64,000 nucleotides of DNA, from positions 98,479 through 162,478 of the forward strand of contig OZ223518.1 in NCBI GenBank assembly GCA_965140785.1, written 5' to 3'. The notes beneath the pieces are model-generated. The model searched no databases and was not told where the DNA came from. It worked only from the letters and a program-made list of their open reading frames with translations. This stretch comes from an uncultured Ruficoccus sp. GTDB taxonomy: Bacteria; Verrucomicrobiota; Verrucomicrobiia; Opitutales; Cerasicoccaceae. Every line of letters begins with the position of its first letter. The stretch's first letter is position 1. Below, one piece after another: positions 10,540-20,965 of this stretch. Both the position numbers and the translations under genes were made by a program.

Positions 10540-10673
10540 GCGATTTAACTGTCTTCAGGTTTATTCTTTTAACTTCGCCGCCCGAAGAGGACTGATACGA
10601 ATTGCGTCATTAACGAATCCTCCAACGCAGTCTATATGCCCAGTCGCAGTGCCTTAAGTTTTCATGTTTAAAT

Positions 10674-12150
10674 TTATGACAACTCCGCGACCGCGTCCTT
10701 CCACTCGTGGGCCTGTTCGTAGCGGTGGGCGACGGCGAGCAGCTCGTCTTCGGCGAAGGGCTTGCCGATCAGTTGGAGGCCGATGGGTAAGTTTAGCGGA
10801 GGTGAAGCCGCACGGGCACGGAGATGCCCGGCAGGCCGGCGAGGTTAACATTGATGGTGTAGATGTCGTTGAGGTACATCGACAGCGGGTCTTCCTTGGC
10901 CCCGAGCTTTAAAGGACGGGGTGGGAGTGGTCGGCGTGAGGATCGTGTCCCACCGATTTAAAGACGCTGCATGAACTCTTCGCGGATGAGGGTGCGGACC
11001 TTCTGGGCGCGCAGGTAGTAGGCGTCGTAGTAGCCGCTGGAGAGCACGTAGGTGCCGAGAATAATGCGGCGCTTGACCTCCTCGCCGAAGCCCTCGGCGC
11101 GGCTCTTGTAGTACAGGTCGATGGCGTCAGCTTGGCATCCTTGGAGCGGTGGGTGTAGCGGATGCCGTCGTAGCGGGCGAGGTTCGAGGACGCCTCGGCC
11201 GTGGCCAGGATGTAATAGGTCGGGATGGCGTACTCGGTCATGGGCAGGGAAACTTCCTGCACGGTGTGGCCGTCCTTTTCGTAAAAGGCGATGGCGGCCT
11301 CGACGGCGGCCTTGATCTCGGGGTCGAGCCCCTCGGCGAAGCACTCCTTGGGGACGCCGATGGTCCATGGGCCTTCCTTTTCGGCGAGGGCGGTGCGGTA
11401 GTCGGGGATCTCGGCCTTGTAAGAGGTGGAGTCGCGGCGGTCGTGCCCGGCGATGGCCTGGAGCAGGAGCGCGGCGTCCTCGACCGTGCGGGCCAAAGGG
11501 CCCGATCTGGTCCAGTGAGGAGGCAAAGGCGGCCAGCCCGTAGCGCGAGACGAGACCGTAGGTCGGTTTCAAGCCGACCACACCGCAGAAGGCCGCCGGT
11601 TGGCGGATGGAGCCGCCGGTGTCGGAGCCGATGGACAGCGGGGATTCCAGGGCGGCTACCGCAGGCGGCGCTGCCGCCGGAGCTGCCGCCGGGCACGCAG
11701 TCGGTGTTCCACGGGTTACGGCTGGTCTGAAAGGCGGAGTTCTCCGTAGAGGAGCCCATGGCAAAACTCGTCCATGTTGAGCCGCCCCCAGAGGACCGCG
11801 CCCTGGGCTTTCAGCAAGCTCGGTCACGTGCGCGTCGTAGGGCGAGACAAAGTTCTCCAGCATGCGGCTGGAGCAGGTCAACGGCTGGTCCCTTGACCGC
11901 GAGGATGTCCTTGAGGGCGACGGGAATGCCGTCCAGGCGGGCCGTGGCATTCCTTGGCCTTGCGTCGCTCGTCACTGGCCTTGGCCTGGGCGAGGGTCCA
12001 CTCGGCATCCCGCGAGTTGAAGGCCTTGACGCGGTCTTCCACCGCCTCGGTGCGGTCGATAAAAGCCTGTGCGACCTCGACGGCGGAGACGGCCTTGCTG
12101 GCGAGAGCGGCAGATAGCTCGGCGGCGGTCTTTTGAATTAAGTCACTCAT
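10674..12150 (-). CDS. gatA: Asp/Glu-tRNA amidotransferase subunit A (split by several indels)
   Basis: [46 protein letters not shown] and [13 protein letters not shown] across frames. Confidence 0.95.
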
Positions 12151-12341
12151 GGAATCGGCAAATTTTAATAGTTAATCCCAAAGACGCAACGGGCAACCGG
12201 ACTGCGAACGCGCCGGGCGTGGACGGCTGAGCCGAAGAGGCGTCATGGGTTGTTTCTATAAAAGGGTGGAAAAGGTTTTGGGCTGAGTTTGTGGAGGTGA
12301 CGCGTAGTCTATTGTTTTGAAGCGAGGTCCTGACGCGTCCA

Positions 12342-12381
12342 GGGGTAGCCGCCTTCCTGGCGGCGTAGGGGCGCAGCCCCT
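12342..12381 (+). repeat. GTAG double-hairpin REP
   Basis: GGGGTAGCCGCCTTCCTGGCGGCGTAGGGGCGCAGCCCCT. Confidence 0.85.
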
Positions 12382-12400
12382 CAATCGGAGTGAACCGAGT

Positions 12401-12694
12401 TCACGCGTCCTCGACGACTTTGGGGACGACGATCTGGTTATCGCGCTGGGCGGGGGCGTTGCGGAGGGCCTGCTCGGCGGACAGGGCGGGGCCGGGCTCG
12501 TCGTCGTCGAGGACGTTCTCCAGGGCGAAGGCGTGGGCCATGGGCTCGACGCCGGAGACGTCCACCTGGTTGAGTTTATCCGCATGGGCGAGGATGTTCT
12601 CCAACTGCGTGGTGAAGGTCTGTTTCTCCTCCTCGGTGAGTTCGATCCGCGCCAGGCGCGCGACGTAGTCGATGTCTATCTTTTCAGACGGCAT
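12401..12694 (-). CDS. gatC: Asp/Glu-tRNA amidotransferase subunit C
   Basis: YVARLARIEL...VEPMAH...ALRNAP...VPKVV; directly upstream of gatA. Confidence 0.95.
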   Translation of the reverse strand: MPSEKIDIDYVARLARIELTEEEKQTFTTQLENILAHADKLNQVDVSGVEPMAHAFALENVLDDDEPGPALSAEQALRNAPAQRDNQIVVPKVVEDA

Positions 12695-12830
12695 CCGGTC
12701 TTTCTAACACCCCTCGCCCAGAGGTCACGGAGATTTTTCGGGGGTTTTTTCGGGAAAAAGGATGGCCGGGCGGGAGCGCCGATGTCCTGATGCGCGATCG
12801 GGGAGGTATCGGGGGATAACCGCCCCCCCG

Positions 12831-14096
12831 TCAATGGTGCGCCATGTACAGGATCCAACCGGCGGCCATGAGCATGCTGGCCACGGTGACGGGAATGCCC
12901 GCGCGGGCGAATTCGCCGAAGGAAATCTTGATCCCGCAGGCGGCGGCCTGCTCGACCACAATGATCCCGGCCAGGCTGCCGAAGATGATGAGGTTGCTGG
13001 AGAAACCGGTGCCCAGGGCGAGGGCGGCCCCGAGCGCGTCGGCGCCCGGACCTGGGTGGAGGTAAGGCACCAGGAGCATGACGGTCGGGTTGTTGCCGAC
13101 GATGTTGCTGAGGGTCCCGCCGACCAGAAAGAGCGAGAAGGGGTGGTTGAGATTGACGCCGGCCGCCTTCATCCGCTCCAGCAGGTCCTGGGGGACGCCG
13201 GTGTTCGAGAAGGCGGCATTGACTACGAACAGCCCCATGATGAGCAGCAGGAGGTTGCCGTCCACGTGCTTGAGCATGTCCTTGGACGAGGTGCGGCGGC
13301 TGATCAGCAGCATGCCCGCCGCGGCCAGTGCGATCAGTTCCCGCGGCCACGGGCTGGCGATGAACGCCGCGACAACGCCGACGGCCACGAGCCCGCCCTT
13401 AAGGGTCTCCCAGCGGTCAAAGAGCGGCGTGTCCGGCGAGGGGCTGGCGGGAATGTCCGATTCGGCGGACTTGGGCACGGCCCAGCGCCCCCGGTACATG
13501 TAGGCCAGGATGCTCCAGACCAGCGGCAGCGAAAGCAGCGCGGGCAGGGCGGCGACCTTGAGAAAGCCGTTGAAGGATAACCCGAGCCCCTGCGCGGCGA
13601 TCATGTTCTGCGGGCTGCCAATCAGGGTCCCGGCTGAGCCGGCGTTGGCCGCGAAACAGAACGCGAGCAGAAAGGGCACGGGATTGAGCCCGCGGGCCAG
13701 CGTCAAGGAGACCAGCAGCGGGGTCATGGCGACCACGACCACGTCGTTCGTCAGCAAAGAGGAGAGCAAGCCGCCGACGGCGACCAGGACGGCCAGCAGC
13801 ACGGGCGGGCTCACAGGCAGGGCAGCCACGCGCTTGGCCGTCCAGGCGTAAAAGCCCGACACGGCGAAGGAGGCCGAGACGACCATGAGCCCGAAGAGCA
13901 GGCCGACGGTGCGGTAGTCGATGGCGTCCCAGGCGGCCTTGGAGGTGATGCTCCCGATGACCATCATGGCCAGCGCCCCGACGATGGCGGCACCGGTGCG
14001 GTCCACCTTGAAGCCCGGCAGCGTCCCGAAGCCCATCGCCACATACACAAGCAGGAAGACGAGCAGGGTCAGGTCCGTCGTGCTGTTGTAGTGCAT
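12831..14096 (-). CDS. ArsB/NhaD/CitMHS-type (IT superfamily) anion transporter
   Basis: Many TM helices; IDYRTVGLLFGLM, LLTNDVV, ANAGSAGTLIGSPQN and GSLAGIIV. Confidence 0.85.
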   Translation of the reverse strand: MHYNSTTDLTLLVFLLVYVAMGFGTLPGFKVDRTGAAIVGALAMMVIGSITSKAAWDAIDYRTVGLLFGLMVVSASFAVSGFYAWTAKRVAALPVSPPVLLAVLVAVGGLLSSLLTNDVVVVAMTPLLVSLTLARGLNPVPFLLAFCFAANAGSAGTLIGSPQNMIAAQGLGLSFNGFLKVAALPALLSLPLVWSILAYMYRGRWAVPKSAESDIPASPSPDTPLFDRWETLKGGLVAVGVVAAFIASPWPRELIALAAAGMLLISRRTSSKDMLKHVDGNLLLLIMGLFVVNAAFSNTGVPQDLLERMKAAGVNLNHPFSLFLVGGTLSNIVGNNPTVMLLVPYLHPGPGADALGAALALGTGFSSNLIIFGSLAGIIVVEQAAACGIKISFGEFARAGIPVTVASMLMAAGWILYMAHH

Positions 14097-14329
14097 GGGG
14101 AAGGGGAAGTTGATGAGGGCAGACACAGCCCAATGGGATGCTGTAAATACTTTTATCGCCCCATGAGCGAAGGTCACGGAAAATTTTTTTGTTAGTTGCG
14201 TCGTGTTCCGGCTATTTTTGAGTGAGGCAACGGAGAGCAATGAACCATGATGTGCATGGGACTTGTGGCGTATTCAACAGCCAATACATTTAAAATATTT
14301 AATATTTATTTATGTTTCAATAAATCTTT

Positions 14330-16357
14330 ATGCAGTTTGTGGGGGAAATCTCCCCTTGTCAGAGGTTGATCCAGATGCTAGGATGTTATGCTGTGGAGAT
14401 TCATGAAAAAATACGGAAATCCGCACGCTTAATTGACAAGCCCACGTTCTTCGGAGCACTGGGGCTGCTGCTGGCTGCGACGCTGCCGCTGGCGTTCTGG
14501 CCGACACAGGGCGAGCGCTGGGTCGCCGTCGCCCGGGCCTTCATGGTCGATGAGGTCGGGTTTGGCTATCTGGTCCTGGGCCTGGGAGCTTTTCTGTTCA
14601 TGCTGTTCATTGTTTTCAGCAAGATCGGGCAGATCAAGCTGGGGGACCCGGATGAGGAGCCGGAGTTTGCCACCGGCTCGTGGGCGGCGATGCTGTTTTG
14701 CGGGGGGATCGGCGCGAGTATTCTTTACTGGGGAATCATCGAATGGGCTTACTACTTTACCAATCCTCCCTTTGGCGCGGAGCCGGGGAGCGAGGAGGCG
14801 GTCAGTTGGGCCACGGCCTACGGGATGTTTCACTGGGGGCCAATCGCCTGGGCGATATATCTGATCCCGGCGTTGCCGATCGCGTATTTTTATTATGTGC
14901 GTGACCGTCCGGTGCTGAAAGTCTCGGCGGCCGTCGCACCGGTCATCGGTGACAAGTGGGCCGAAGGCTGGCCCGGGAAAGTGATCGATATTCTTTTCAT
15001 TTTCGGCCTGCTCGGCGGGGCGGCGACGACGCTCGGGCTGGCCGCCCCGATGATCTCGCAGGGGATGCACGAGTTGTTCGGGCTGCCGATGTCCAATTTC
15101 ATGCAGATCATGTCACTGCTGGGCTGTACGGTGGTCTTTGCCATCTCCTCCTATGTGGGACTGGAGAAAGGGCTGAAGCTGCTCAGTAACATCAATCTGT
15201 GGCTGGCGGTGGCGCTGCTGGCCTTTGTGCTGATTGTCGGGCCGACGATGTTCATGCTGGAGACGGGGCTCTCCTCGCTGGGGCGGATGATGAACAACTT
15301 TTTCACCATGGCCACCTACACCGAGTCCTTCGGGGGCCTGGCCGGGTTCAGCAAGTCGCACTTCCCGCAGGACTGGACGATCTTCTACTGGGCGTGGTGG
15401 CTGGTGTTTGCTCCGAGCATGGGGCTTTTCATCGCCCGCATCTCTCGCGGGCGCACCATTCGCGAGATGGTGGTCGGCTCGATCTGCTTCGGCTCGGCGG
15501 GGTGCTTCCTGTTTTTCATCGTGCTGGGTAACTACGGTCTGCACCTGCAACTGAGCGGGGAGTTGGACATTGTGGCGATTCTTCAAAACGAGAACGCCTT
15601 TACCGCGATCTTCGCGGTGCTCGATACTTTGCCGTTCAAATGGGTGGTCGTGCTGGCTTTTACCGTGCTGGCGGTGCTCTTTACCGCGACGAGCTTCGAC
15701 TCTATCTCGTATATCCTGGCCTCGGTCGTGCAGAAAAACGTCTCGGACGAGCCGATGGCGTGGAACCGGCTGTTCTGGGCCTTCGCGCTGACCTTCATGC
15801 CGACGGTGCTGCTCCTGCTCGGCGGTCTGGAAACGCTCCAGACCGCGGCCATTGTGGGCGGGCTCCCGTTGCTGGCCATTACCGTCATGCTCTCGATCTC
15901 GACCCTGCGTGTGGCGCGGCTGGACCTGATGCTGCACCCGGACTACACCGAACCGGTTATCAACATCGAGAATATCCCCGAGGTCGATCCTTGGTCCCCC
16001 GCCGGACGCGCGCTGAAGGACTTCGAGAGCAAAAAAGCAGAGCTCCAGCAGGCGATCAAGGACGAGTACGAGTGCAAGAACGCGCTGCGCACCTTCAAGG
16101 AGCACCTGCGGCAGCACAACGCTTTCCGTGCCTTCCACCTGCGGGGGAACCAGACTCTGGACGTGATCCGGCTGGAGCGTCTCCAAGAGTTGGAGAAGGC
16201 CGCCAATGACGCCGCCGATCGCCGCACTCAGGCCGTGCGCGCCACCCAGCAGGCACGCGCAAGCTTCGACCGCGCCGTGGTCGAAAAAGAAGAGGCTAAA
16301 CAGAAAAAGCATGACACCGACGACGGCGACACGAAGAATAGCACGCCTTCCGTTTGA
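14330..16357 (+). CDS. BCCT family (betaine/carnitine/choline) transporter with long C-terminal tail; start uncertain
   Basis: SWAAMLFCGGIG, FHWGPIAWAIY and WTIFYWAWW...FIARISRGRTIRE signatures. Confidence 0.92.
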   Translation: MQFVGEISPCQRLIQMLGCYAVEIHEKIRKSARLIDKPTFFGALGLLLAATLPLAFWPTQGERWVAVARAFMVDEVGFGYLVLGLGAFLFMLFIVFSKIGQIKLGDPDEEPEFATGSWAAMLFCGGIGASILYWGIIEWAYYFTNPPFGAEPGSEEAVSWATAYGMFHWGPIAWAIYLIPALPIAYFYYVRDRPVLKVSAAVAPVIGDKWAEGWPGKVIDILFIFGLLGGAATTLGLAAPMISQGMHELFGLPMSNFMQIMSLLGCTVVFAISSYVGLEKGLKLLSNINLWLAVALLAFVLIVGPTMFMLETGLSSLGRMMNNFFTMATYTESFGGLAGFSKSHFPQDWTIFYWAWWLVFAPSMGLFIARISRGRTIREMVVGSICFGSAGCFLFFIVLGNYGLHLQLSGELDIVAILQNENAFTAIFAVLDTLPFKWVVVLAFTVLAVLFTATSFDSISYILASVVQKNVSDEPMAWNRLFWAFALTFMPTVLLLLGGLETLQTAAIVGGLPLLAITVMLSISTLRVARLDLMLHPDYTEPVINIENIPEVDPWSPAGRALKDFESKKAELQQAIKDEYECKNALRTFKEHLRQHNAFRAFHLRGNQTLDVIRLERLQELEKAANDAADRRTQAVRATQQARASFDRAVVEKEEAKQKKHDTDDGDTKNSTPSV

Positions 16358-16360
16358 GCC

Positions 16361-17131
16361 ATGATCAACCTCAGGAGCCTTCCGCAGTTTTTTGCTTTAC
16401 TGGCGACTATTCCCTGCTGCCTGCTGGCCGAATCGCCCGCGCCGAAGAGCCGGGCCGAGATGCTGGGGATCGCCCACCTGCCGAAGGTGGAGGTCTCAGT
16501 GGCCATCTACGAGGTCAAAGGCGAGCCGGTCGACACGCTGGAGCCGTTCGATCTGGAGGCTTTGCAAGAACTGGTGAAGGAGAGCTGGGCGCTGGCGAGC
16601 GTGGAAGCAAAGAAGCTGGATAAGGGGCACGGTGTTTTTTATTCGACCAAGGATGTGCTGAAAGGGGGGGCGTGGGTGCTTTCGGCCCCAACGGTCTTGG
16701 TGGTGGCGAGCAAACGCGAGGGGTGGCGTGCGGCAACGATGAGTGCGATGCAGGAGCTTTACGCCGACAGCCAGGGAACCGTATCCGATCCGGAAACCTA
16801 CACCGGCGAGGAGGAACTGCGCAAATTATTGAACGGGGTCGAGACAACCCTGCAGGTCTGGCAGGATGCGCCCACCGGCGACCTGGTGGTCGAGGTCCAC
16901 GCGACCGTTTCGACCTTTGAAGGCTTCCTGGATATCCAGGTGGCGGAGCCGGACGGCAGCAGCACGCCCGTTAAAATCCCGCTCGTTGACACCACGAATT
17001 GCGATGGCGTTGTTACGTTGAAAGATGGCGAGACGAAAGTCTTCACCTGGCGCGAAAACATGACCGAGCAGGGCAAGTCCCTGATCGTTGCTACCGTGAC
17101 TGCAACGATCAAGGGAAAGCGCGGCGACTAG
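16361..17131 (+). CDS. Secreted protein resembling an isolated secretin core domain
   Basis: Signal peptide; VLSAPTVLV, STFEGF, P..DT....VTLKDGET and terminal LIVATVTATI pattern. Confidence 0.45.
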   Translation: MINLRSLPQFFALLATIPCCLLAESPAPKSRAEMLGIAHLPKVEVSVAIYEVKGEPVDTLEPFDLEALQELVKESWALASVEAKKLDKGHGVFYSTKDVLKGGAWVLSAPTVLVVASKREGWRAATMSAMQELYADSQGTVSDPETYTGEEELRKLLNGVETTLQVWQDAPTGDLVVEVHATVSTFEGFLDIQVAEPDGSSTPVKIPLVDTTNCDGVVTLKDGETKVFTWRENMTEQGKSLIVATVTATIKGKRGD

Positions 17132-17267
17132 ATCCTGCACCTGTGATGCTCTCACATCACTCATGCCCCCGCCAACGCGGCGGCATAGGCAACCGTGCTC
17201 GACTCCGACTCAAACGAACTTCGCCTGCGACACAGAGGTACAGGCGCAAAGCTTAGCGACTGGGACA

Positions 17268-17333
17268 GGGGAGAGGCCTTTCTGGCTCCGTAGGGGCGAA
17301 GCCCCTCCTTGCCAGCGGGTGCAACCCGCACTA
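17268..17333 (+). repeat. GTAG-type REP plus GCGGGTGCAACCCGC hairpin abutting the pheT stop
   Basis: GGCCTTTCTGGCTCCGTAGGGGCGAAGCCCCT...GCGGGTGCAACCCGC. Confidence 0.8.
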
Positions 17334-19751
17334 GCTGCGCAGGGTGTAGCCCATGTCCTTCATGGCGGCCTGGATGGCGTCGAAGGCGGTGGCGACTTCC
17401 TTGTCCTTGAGGGTGCGGTCAGGGGCGCGGAAGCTGATGGCGAAGGCCAGGCTCTTCTTGCCCTCGGGCAGGCCCTGCCCGGCGTAGAGGTCGAAGGCCT
17501 CGACACCCTCGCAGGCGAACTCCTTGCCCACGGCCTTGCTGGCGGCCTTGAGCAGGTCGCGCCGGACGGTCTCGGCGGTGGTGGCGGCATCGACGACGAG
17601 CGCGAGGTCCTTGGTCGAGGGCGGGAAGCTGCTGAAGGGGCTCAGGCGAACGGCCTTGCCGGTTTTTTTTGCCAAAAACTCGGGCAGGAGAATCAGCTCG
17701 CCGGCCAGGACGAGGGTGTCGATGTCCCAGTCCTTGGTGGCGTCCACACTGACCAGCCCGGCGAAGGCCTTGTAGCCGTTTTTCTTCCAGCAGGCGGCAC
17801 GGGCGGCGTGGCCGCTCTGCCAGAAGGGCTCGTCCTCGAAAAGTTTATAGTCGAGCTTCTGGGGCTTGATCCCGGCCAGGGTGGCTAGCTCGGCGAGGAG
17901 CTTTTTGGCGGTAAAGAAGTCCGGCGCTTCGCGTTCGCGCCAGCGGCGGTGTCCGTCGTCCACGGCGATGACAAAGCCCACACTGGCCAGCTCCCAGAGC
18001 TTGCCCCCGACGGCGCGGAAGACGCGCCCGGTCTCGCAGAGGCGGGCCGGGTGGTTGCCGTTGTTGGCGTTCAGGCGCAGGGCGTCGAGCAGGCCGGGAA
18101 TGAGCGAGGCTCGCAGGTGGCTCTGCTCGGCTGTGAGCGGGTTGTCGAGCTGGAGGGCGTCGGCGCGTTCGGGGCCAAACCACTTGGCCAGGCGGGTGCC
18201 GTCGGTCAAGGTGTAGTGCGAGCACTCGGCGAAATTCTCCCCGGCGAGCTTCTGGACGGCGTGGCGGTTGAAGAGGGCCAGCGGGTCGTCCTCGCGGGTG
18301 AGGCCGGTGGCCTTGACACGGGCCTCGGGGATCTTCGGGGTGCCGTGCAGGCGGATGAACTCCTCCACCAGGTCGATCGGGCGGTCCACCTCGGGCCGGA
18401 ACGACGGCACGAGCACGCTCCACTGGTAGGAACCCCGGTCCACGCGGAAGCCCAGGCGGGTGAAGGTCTCGGCGATGGCCTCGTCCTCCACGCCGAAGCC
18501 GCAGACGCGGCGCACGTAGTCGGGGTTGATGTTGATGGTGCGGTCGCCACGGGGCGCCTTGCCCACGGTGATGCATTTGCCGGCGACTTCGCCTCCGGCC
18601 ACTTGCAGGATGAGGTCGATGGCGCGGCGGGCGGCGAAGTCCACCCCGACCGGATCGACATCGCGGCTGAAGCGGTGCGAGCTATCGGAAAAGAGGTTGA
18701 GCGCGCGTGAGGTGGCGCGGATGGAGCCGGGGCGGAAGTACGCGCTCTCCAGCACAATGTCCACCGTGGCGGAATCCACCTCGGCATCGAGGCTGCCCAT
18801 GACCCCGGCCACGACGAGCGGGCGCTCGGCGTCGGCGATGACCATCATGGACGGCGTCAGCTTGCGCTTGTGCTCGTCGAGGGTGACGATCTGCTCGCCC
18901 TCGGCGGCCTGGCGGACGACGAGTTTGCCGCCCTTGATCTTTTGCGCGTCAAAGGCGTGCAGGGGCTGGCCGGTCTCCATCAGGACGTAGTTGGTCACGT
19001 CCACCACGTTGTTGATCGGGCGCAGGCCGACGGCTTCCAGTGCTTCCTTGAGCCAGTCGGGGGAGGGGGCGATTTTTACGCCCTTGATACTGGTGGCGGT
19101 GTAAAGGGGGCAGTCGGGCGTCTCGACCTCGACGGCGCTGATCAGGCCCTCGCCGTCGCCGGGGTGCTGCTTGACCTTGGGCAGGCGCAGCTCCTGGCCG
19201 AAGATGGCGGCGAGCTCGCGGGCCACGCCGATGTGGCTGAGGCAGTCGCCGCGGTTGGCGGTCAGCTCCAGCTCGATCACGGTATCCCCGCCGGGGAAAA
19301 CGTCGTTGATCGGCGTGCCGATTTCGGGGCGCTGCTCCAGAATGAGCAGGCCAGAGTGGTCCTCGCCCATGCCCAGCTCCTTGGCCGAGCACATCATGCC
19401 GTGCGATTCGACGCCGCGCAGCTTGCTTTTCTTGATCTTGAAATCGCCGGGCAGGACGCAGCCGGGCAGGGCCACGGGCACGCGGTCGCCGACTTTGTAG
19501 TTGGTTGCGCCGCAGACGATCTGGCGCGGCTCGCCGTCGTCCACCTTGACCTGACAGACGCCGAGGCGGTCGGCATCCGGGTGCTGCTCGCGGGAGAGAA
19601 TCTCGCCCACGACAAGGTTTTCAAAGGTGGGCATGGCGGTGGACTCCACGTCTTCGACCTCAAGCCCGACCATGGGGAGGGCTTCGGTCAGTTCGTCCGC
19701 GCTCACGTCGAGATCGACGTAGTTCTTGAGCCAGTTGAGGGAAATTTTCAT
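17331..19751 (-). CDS. pheT: Phenylalanine-tRNA ligase beta subunit
   Basis: MKISLNWL, HPDADRL, QIVCGA, TANRGDCLS, GQPLHAFD and C-terminal FDX-ACB (KKSLAF...DRTL). Confidence 0.98.
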   Translation of the reverse strand: MKISLNWLKNYVDLDVSADELTEALPMVGLEVEDVESTAMPTFENLVVGEILSREQHPDADRLGVCQVKVDDGEPRQIVCGATNYKVGDRVPVALPGCVLPGDFKIKKSKLRGVESHGMMCSAKELGMGEDHSGLLILEQRPEIGTPINDVFPGGDTVIELELTANRGDCLSHIGVARELAAIFGQELRLPKVKQHPGDGEGLISAVEVETPDCPLYTATSIKGVKIAPSPDWLKEALEAVGLRPINNVVDVTNYVLMETGQPLHAFDAQKIKGGKLVVRQAAEGEQIVTLDEHKRKLTPSMMVIADAERPLVVAGVMGSLDAEVDSATVDIVLESAYFRPGSIRATSRALNLFSDSSHRFSRDVDPVGVDFAARRAIDLILQVAGGEVAGKCITVGKAPRGDRTININPDYVRRVCGFGVEDEAIAETFTRLGFRVDRGSYQWSVLVPSFRPEVDRPIDLVEEFIRLHGTPKIPEARVKATGLTREDDPLALFNRHAVQKLAGENFAECSHYTLTDGTRLAKWFGPERADALQLDNPLTAEQSHLRASLIPGLLDALRLNANNGNHPARLCETGRVFRAVGGKLWELASVGFVIAVDDGHRRWREREAPDFFTAKKLLAELATLAGIKPQKLDYKLFEDEPFWQSGHAARAACWKKNGYKAFAGLVSVDATKDWDIDTLVLAGELILLPEFLAKKTGKAVRLSPFSSFPPSTKDLALVVDAATTAETVRRDLLKAASKAVGKEFACEGVEAFDLYAGQGLPEGKKSLAFAISFRAPDRTLKDKEVATAFDAIQAAMKDMGYTLRS

Positions 19752-19775
19752 CGGGAAATTTTTAATATTTTAATG

Positions 19776-19899
19776 GGTCACGAAGGACACAAAGAAGGCA
19801 CGAAGAGCACGAAGTGGAGTGCCGGATCTATAGAGGTAAGTCCTATCCTTAATTAAAAATCTTTGTGTGCTTCGTGTCTCCTTCGTGATCTTTGTGACC
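19776..19899. repeat. Inverted CACRAAG tandem arrays between pheS and pheT
   Basis: Four units at 19776-19814 and four inverted units at 19861-19899 with mirrored 9/11/9 spacing. Confidence 0.85.
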
Positions 19900-19917
19900 T
19901 TCTTTATATCCTATAAG

Positions 19918-20958
19918 TCACGCGAACTGCTGGAGGAAGCGCAGGTCGTTCTGGTAAAAGTAGCGGATGTCGTCGATGCCGTGGACGATCATCGCGATGC
20001 GTTCGATGCCCATGCCGAAGGCGTAGCCGGTCCACTGCTCGGGGTCGTAGCCGACGGCCTTGAAGACGTTCGGGTCCACCATGCCACAGCCGCCCAGCTC
20101 GATCCACTGGTTGGAGAGTTTTCCTAAGTTGGGGGTCTTCATATCGAGTTCGAAGGAGGGCTCGGTGAAGGGGAAGAAGCTCGGGCGCAGGCGCACCTCC
20201 GAACCCTTGCCGAAGATCTCTGCCACGAAATAGTCGAGAATGGCCTTGAGGTCCACGATGGTGACGTTCTTGTCCACATAGAGCCCTTCCATCTGGTGGA
20301 AGTTCGCGCTGTGGGTGGCGTCGGTAGTGTCGCGGCGGAAGACACGGCCCGGCGAAATGATGCGCAGGGGCGGCTCCTCCTTCATCATGGTGCGAATCTG
20401 CACGGTGGAGGTGTGGGAGCGCAGCAGGTAGCGTTCGGAGCCGTGCTTGGAGACGTTGTCCACCTCGGCGGCCTCGGGCAGGAAGAGCGTGTCCTGGGCG
20501 TCGCGGGCGGGGTGGTCCTCGGGGGTGTTTAGCGCGTCAAAGCAGTACCACTCAGTTTCGACCTCAGGCCCCTCGGCCACGGTGAAGCCGACCTTGCGGA
20601 AGGCCTGCTCCATGCGGCGGCGCGTCTGGGTGAGCGGGTGCAGGCTGCCGGTGGCGGTGTCGGGGCAGGGGAGTGTCGGGTCGATGGGCGGGCCGAGCTT
20701 TTCGGCGGTTTCAGCGGCCTCGATGCGCGCCAGTGCGTCGGTATAGAGGGCCTCAATCTGCTGTTTGGTGGCGTTGAGGAGCTTGCCCATGGCGGGCTTG
20801 TCTTCCTTAGGCACGTCTTTCATGCCCTTCATGGCGGCGGTCAGCTTGCCGTTGGGGCCGGAGATGGTGGCCTTGAAACTCTCGAACGCGGCGCGCTTAT
20901 CCAGCGCAGGCACGGCGCTCTCGACTTCGGTCACGATGGCTGCGAGTTGCTTTTGCAT
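19918..20958 (-). CDS. pheS: Phenylalanine-tRNA ligase alpha subunit
   Basis: HPARDAQDT, LRSHTSTVQ, FPFTEPS and AFGMGIERI. Confidence 0.98.
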   Translation of the reverse strand: MQKQLAAIVTEVESAVPALDKRAAFESFKATISGPNGKLTAAMKGMKDVPKEDKPAMGKLLNATKQQIEALYTDALARIEAAETAEKLGPPIDPTLPCPDTATGSLHPLTQTRRRMEQAFRKVGFTVAEGPEVETEWYCFDALNTPEDHPARDAQDTLFLPEAAEVDNVSKHGSERYLLRSHTSTVQIRTMMKEEPPLRIISPGRVFRRDTTDATHSANFHQMEGLYVDKNVTIVDLKAILDYFVAEIFGKGSEVRLRPSFFPFTEPSFELDMKTPNLGKLSNQWIELGGCGMVDPNVFKAVGYDPEQWTGYAFGMGIERIAMIVHGIDDIRYFYQNDLRFLQQFA

Positions 20959-20965
20959 GGGAAAG

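Noticed and set aside
10540..10665. Possible third small gene between gatA and the Cys-motif ORF
   Set aside because: The ATG is followed by a stop after three codons and I could not repair a convincing frame.
8341..12150. gatA/gatB (also dnaE, lpxC, rnhC, nnr, dprA) as pseudogenes or programmed frameshifts
   Set aside because: All motifs are intact, several genes are essential, and the indels cluster by region; sequencing error is far more parsimonious.
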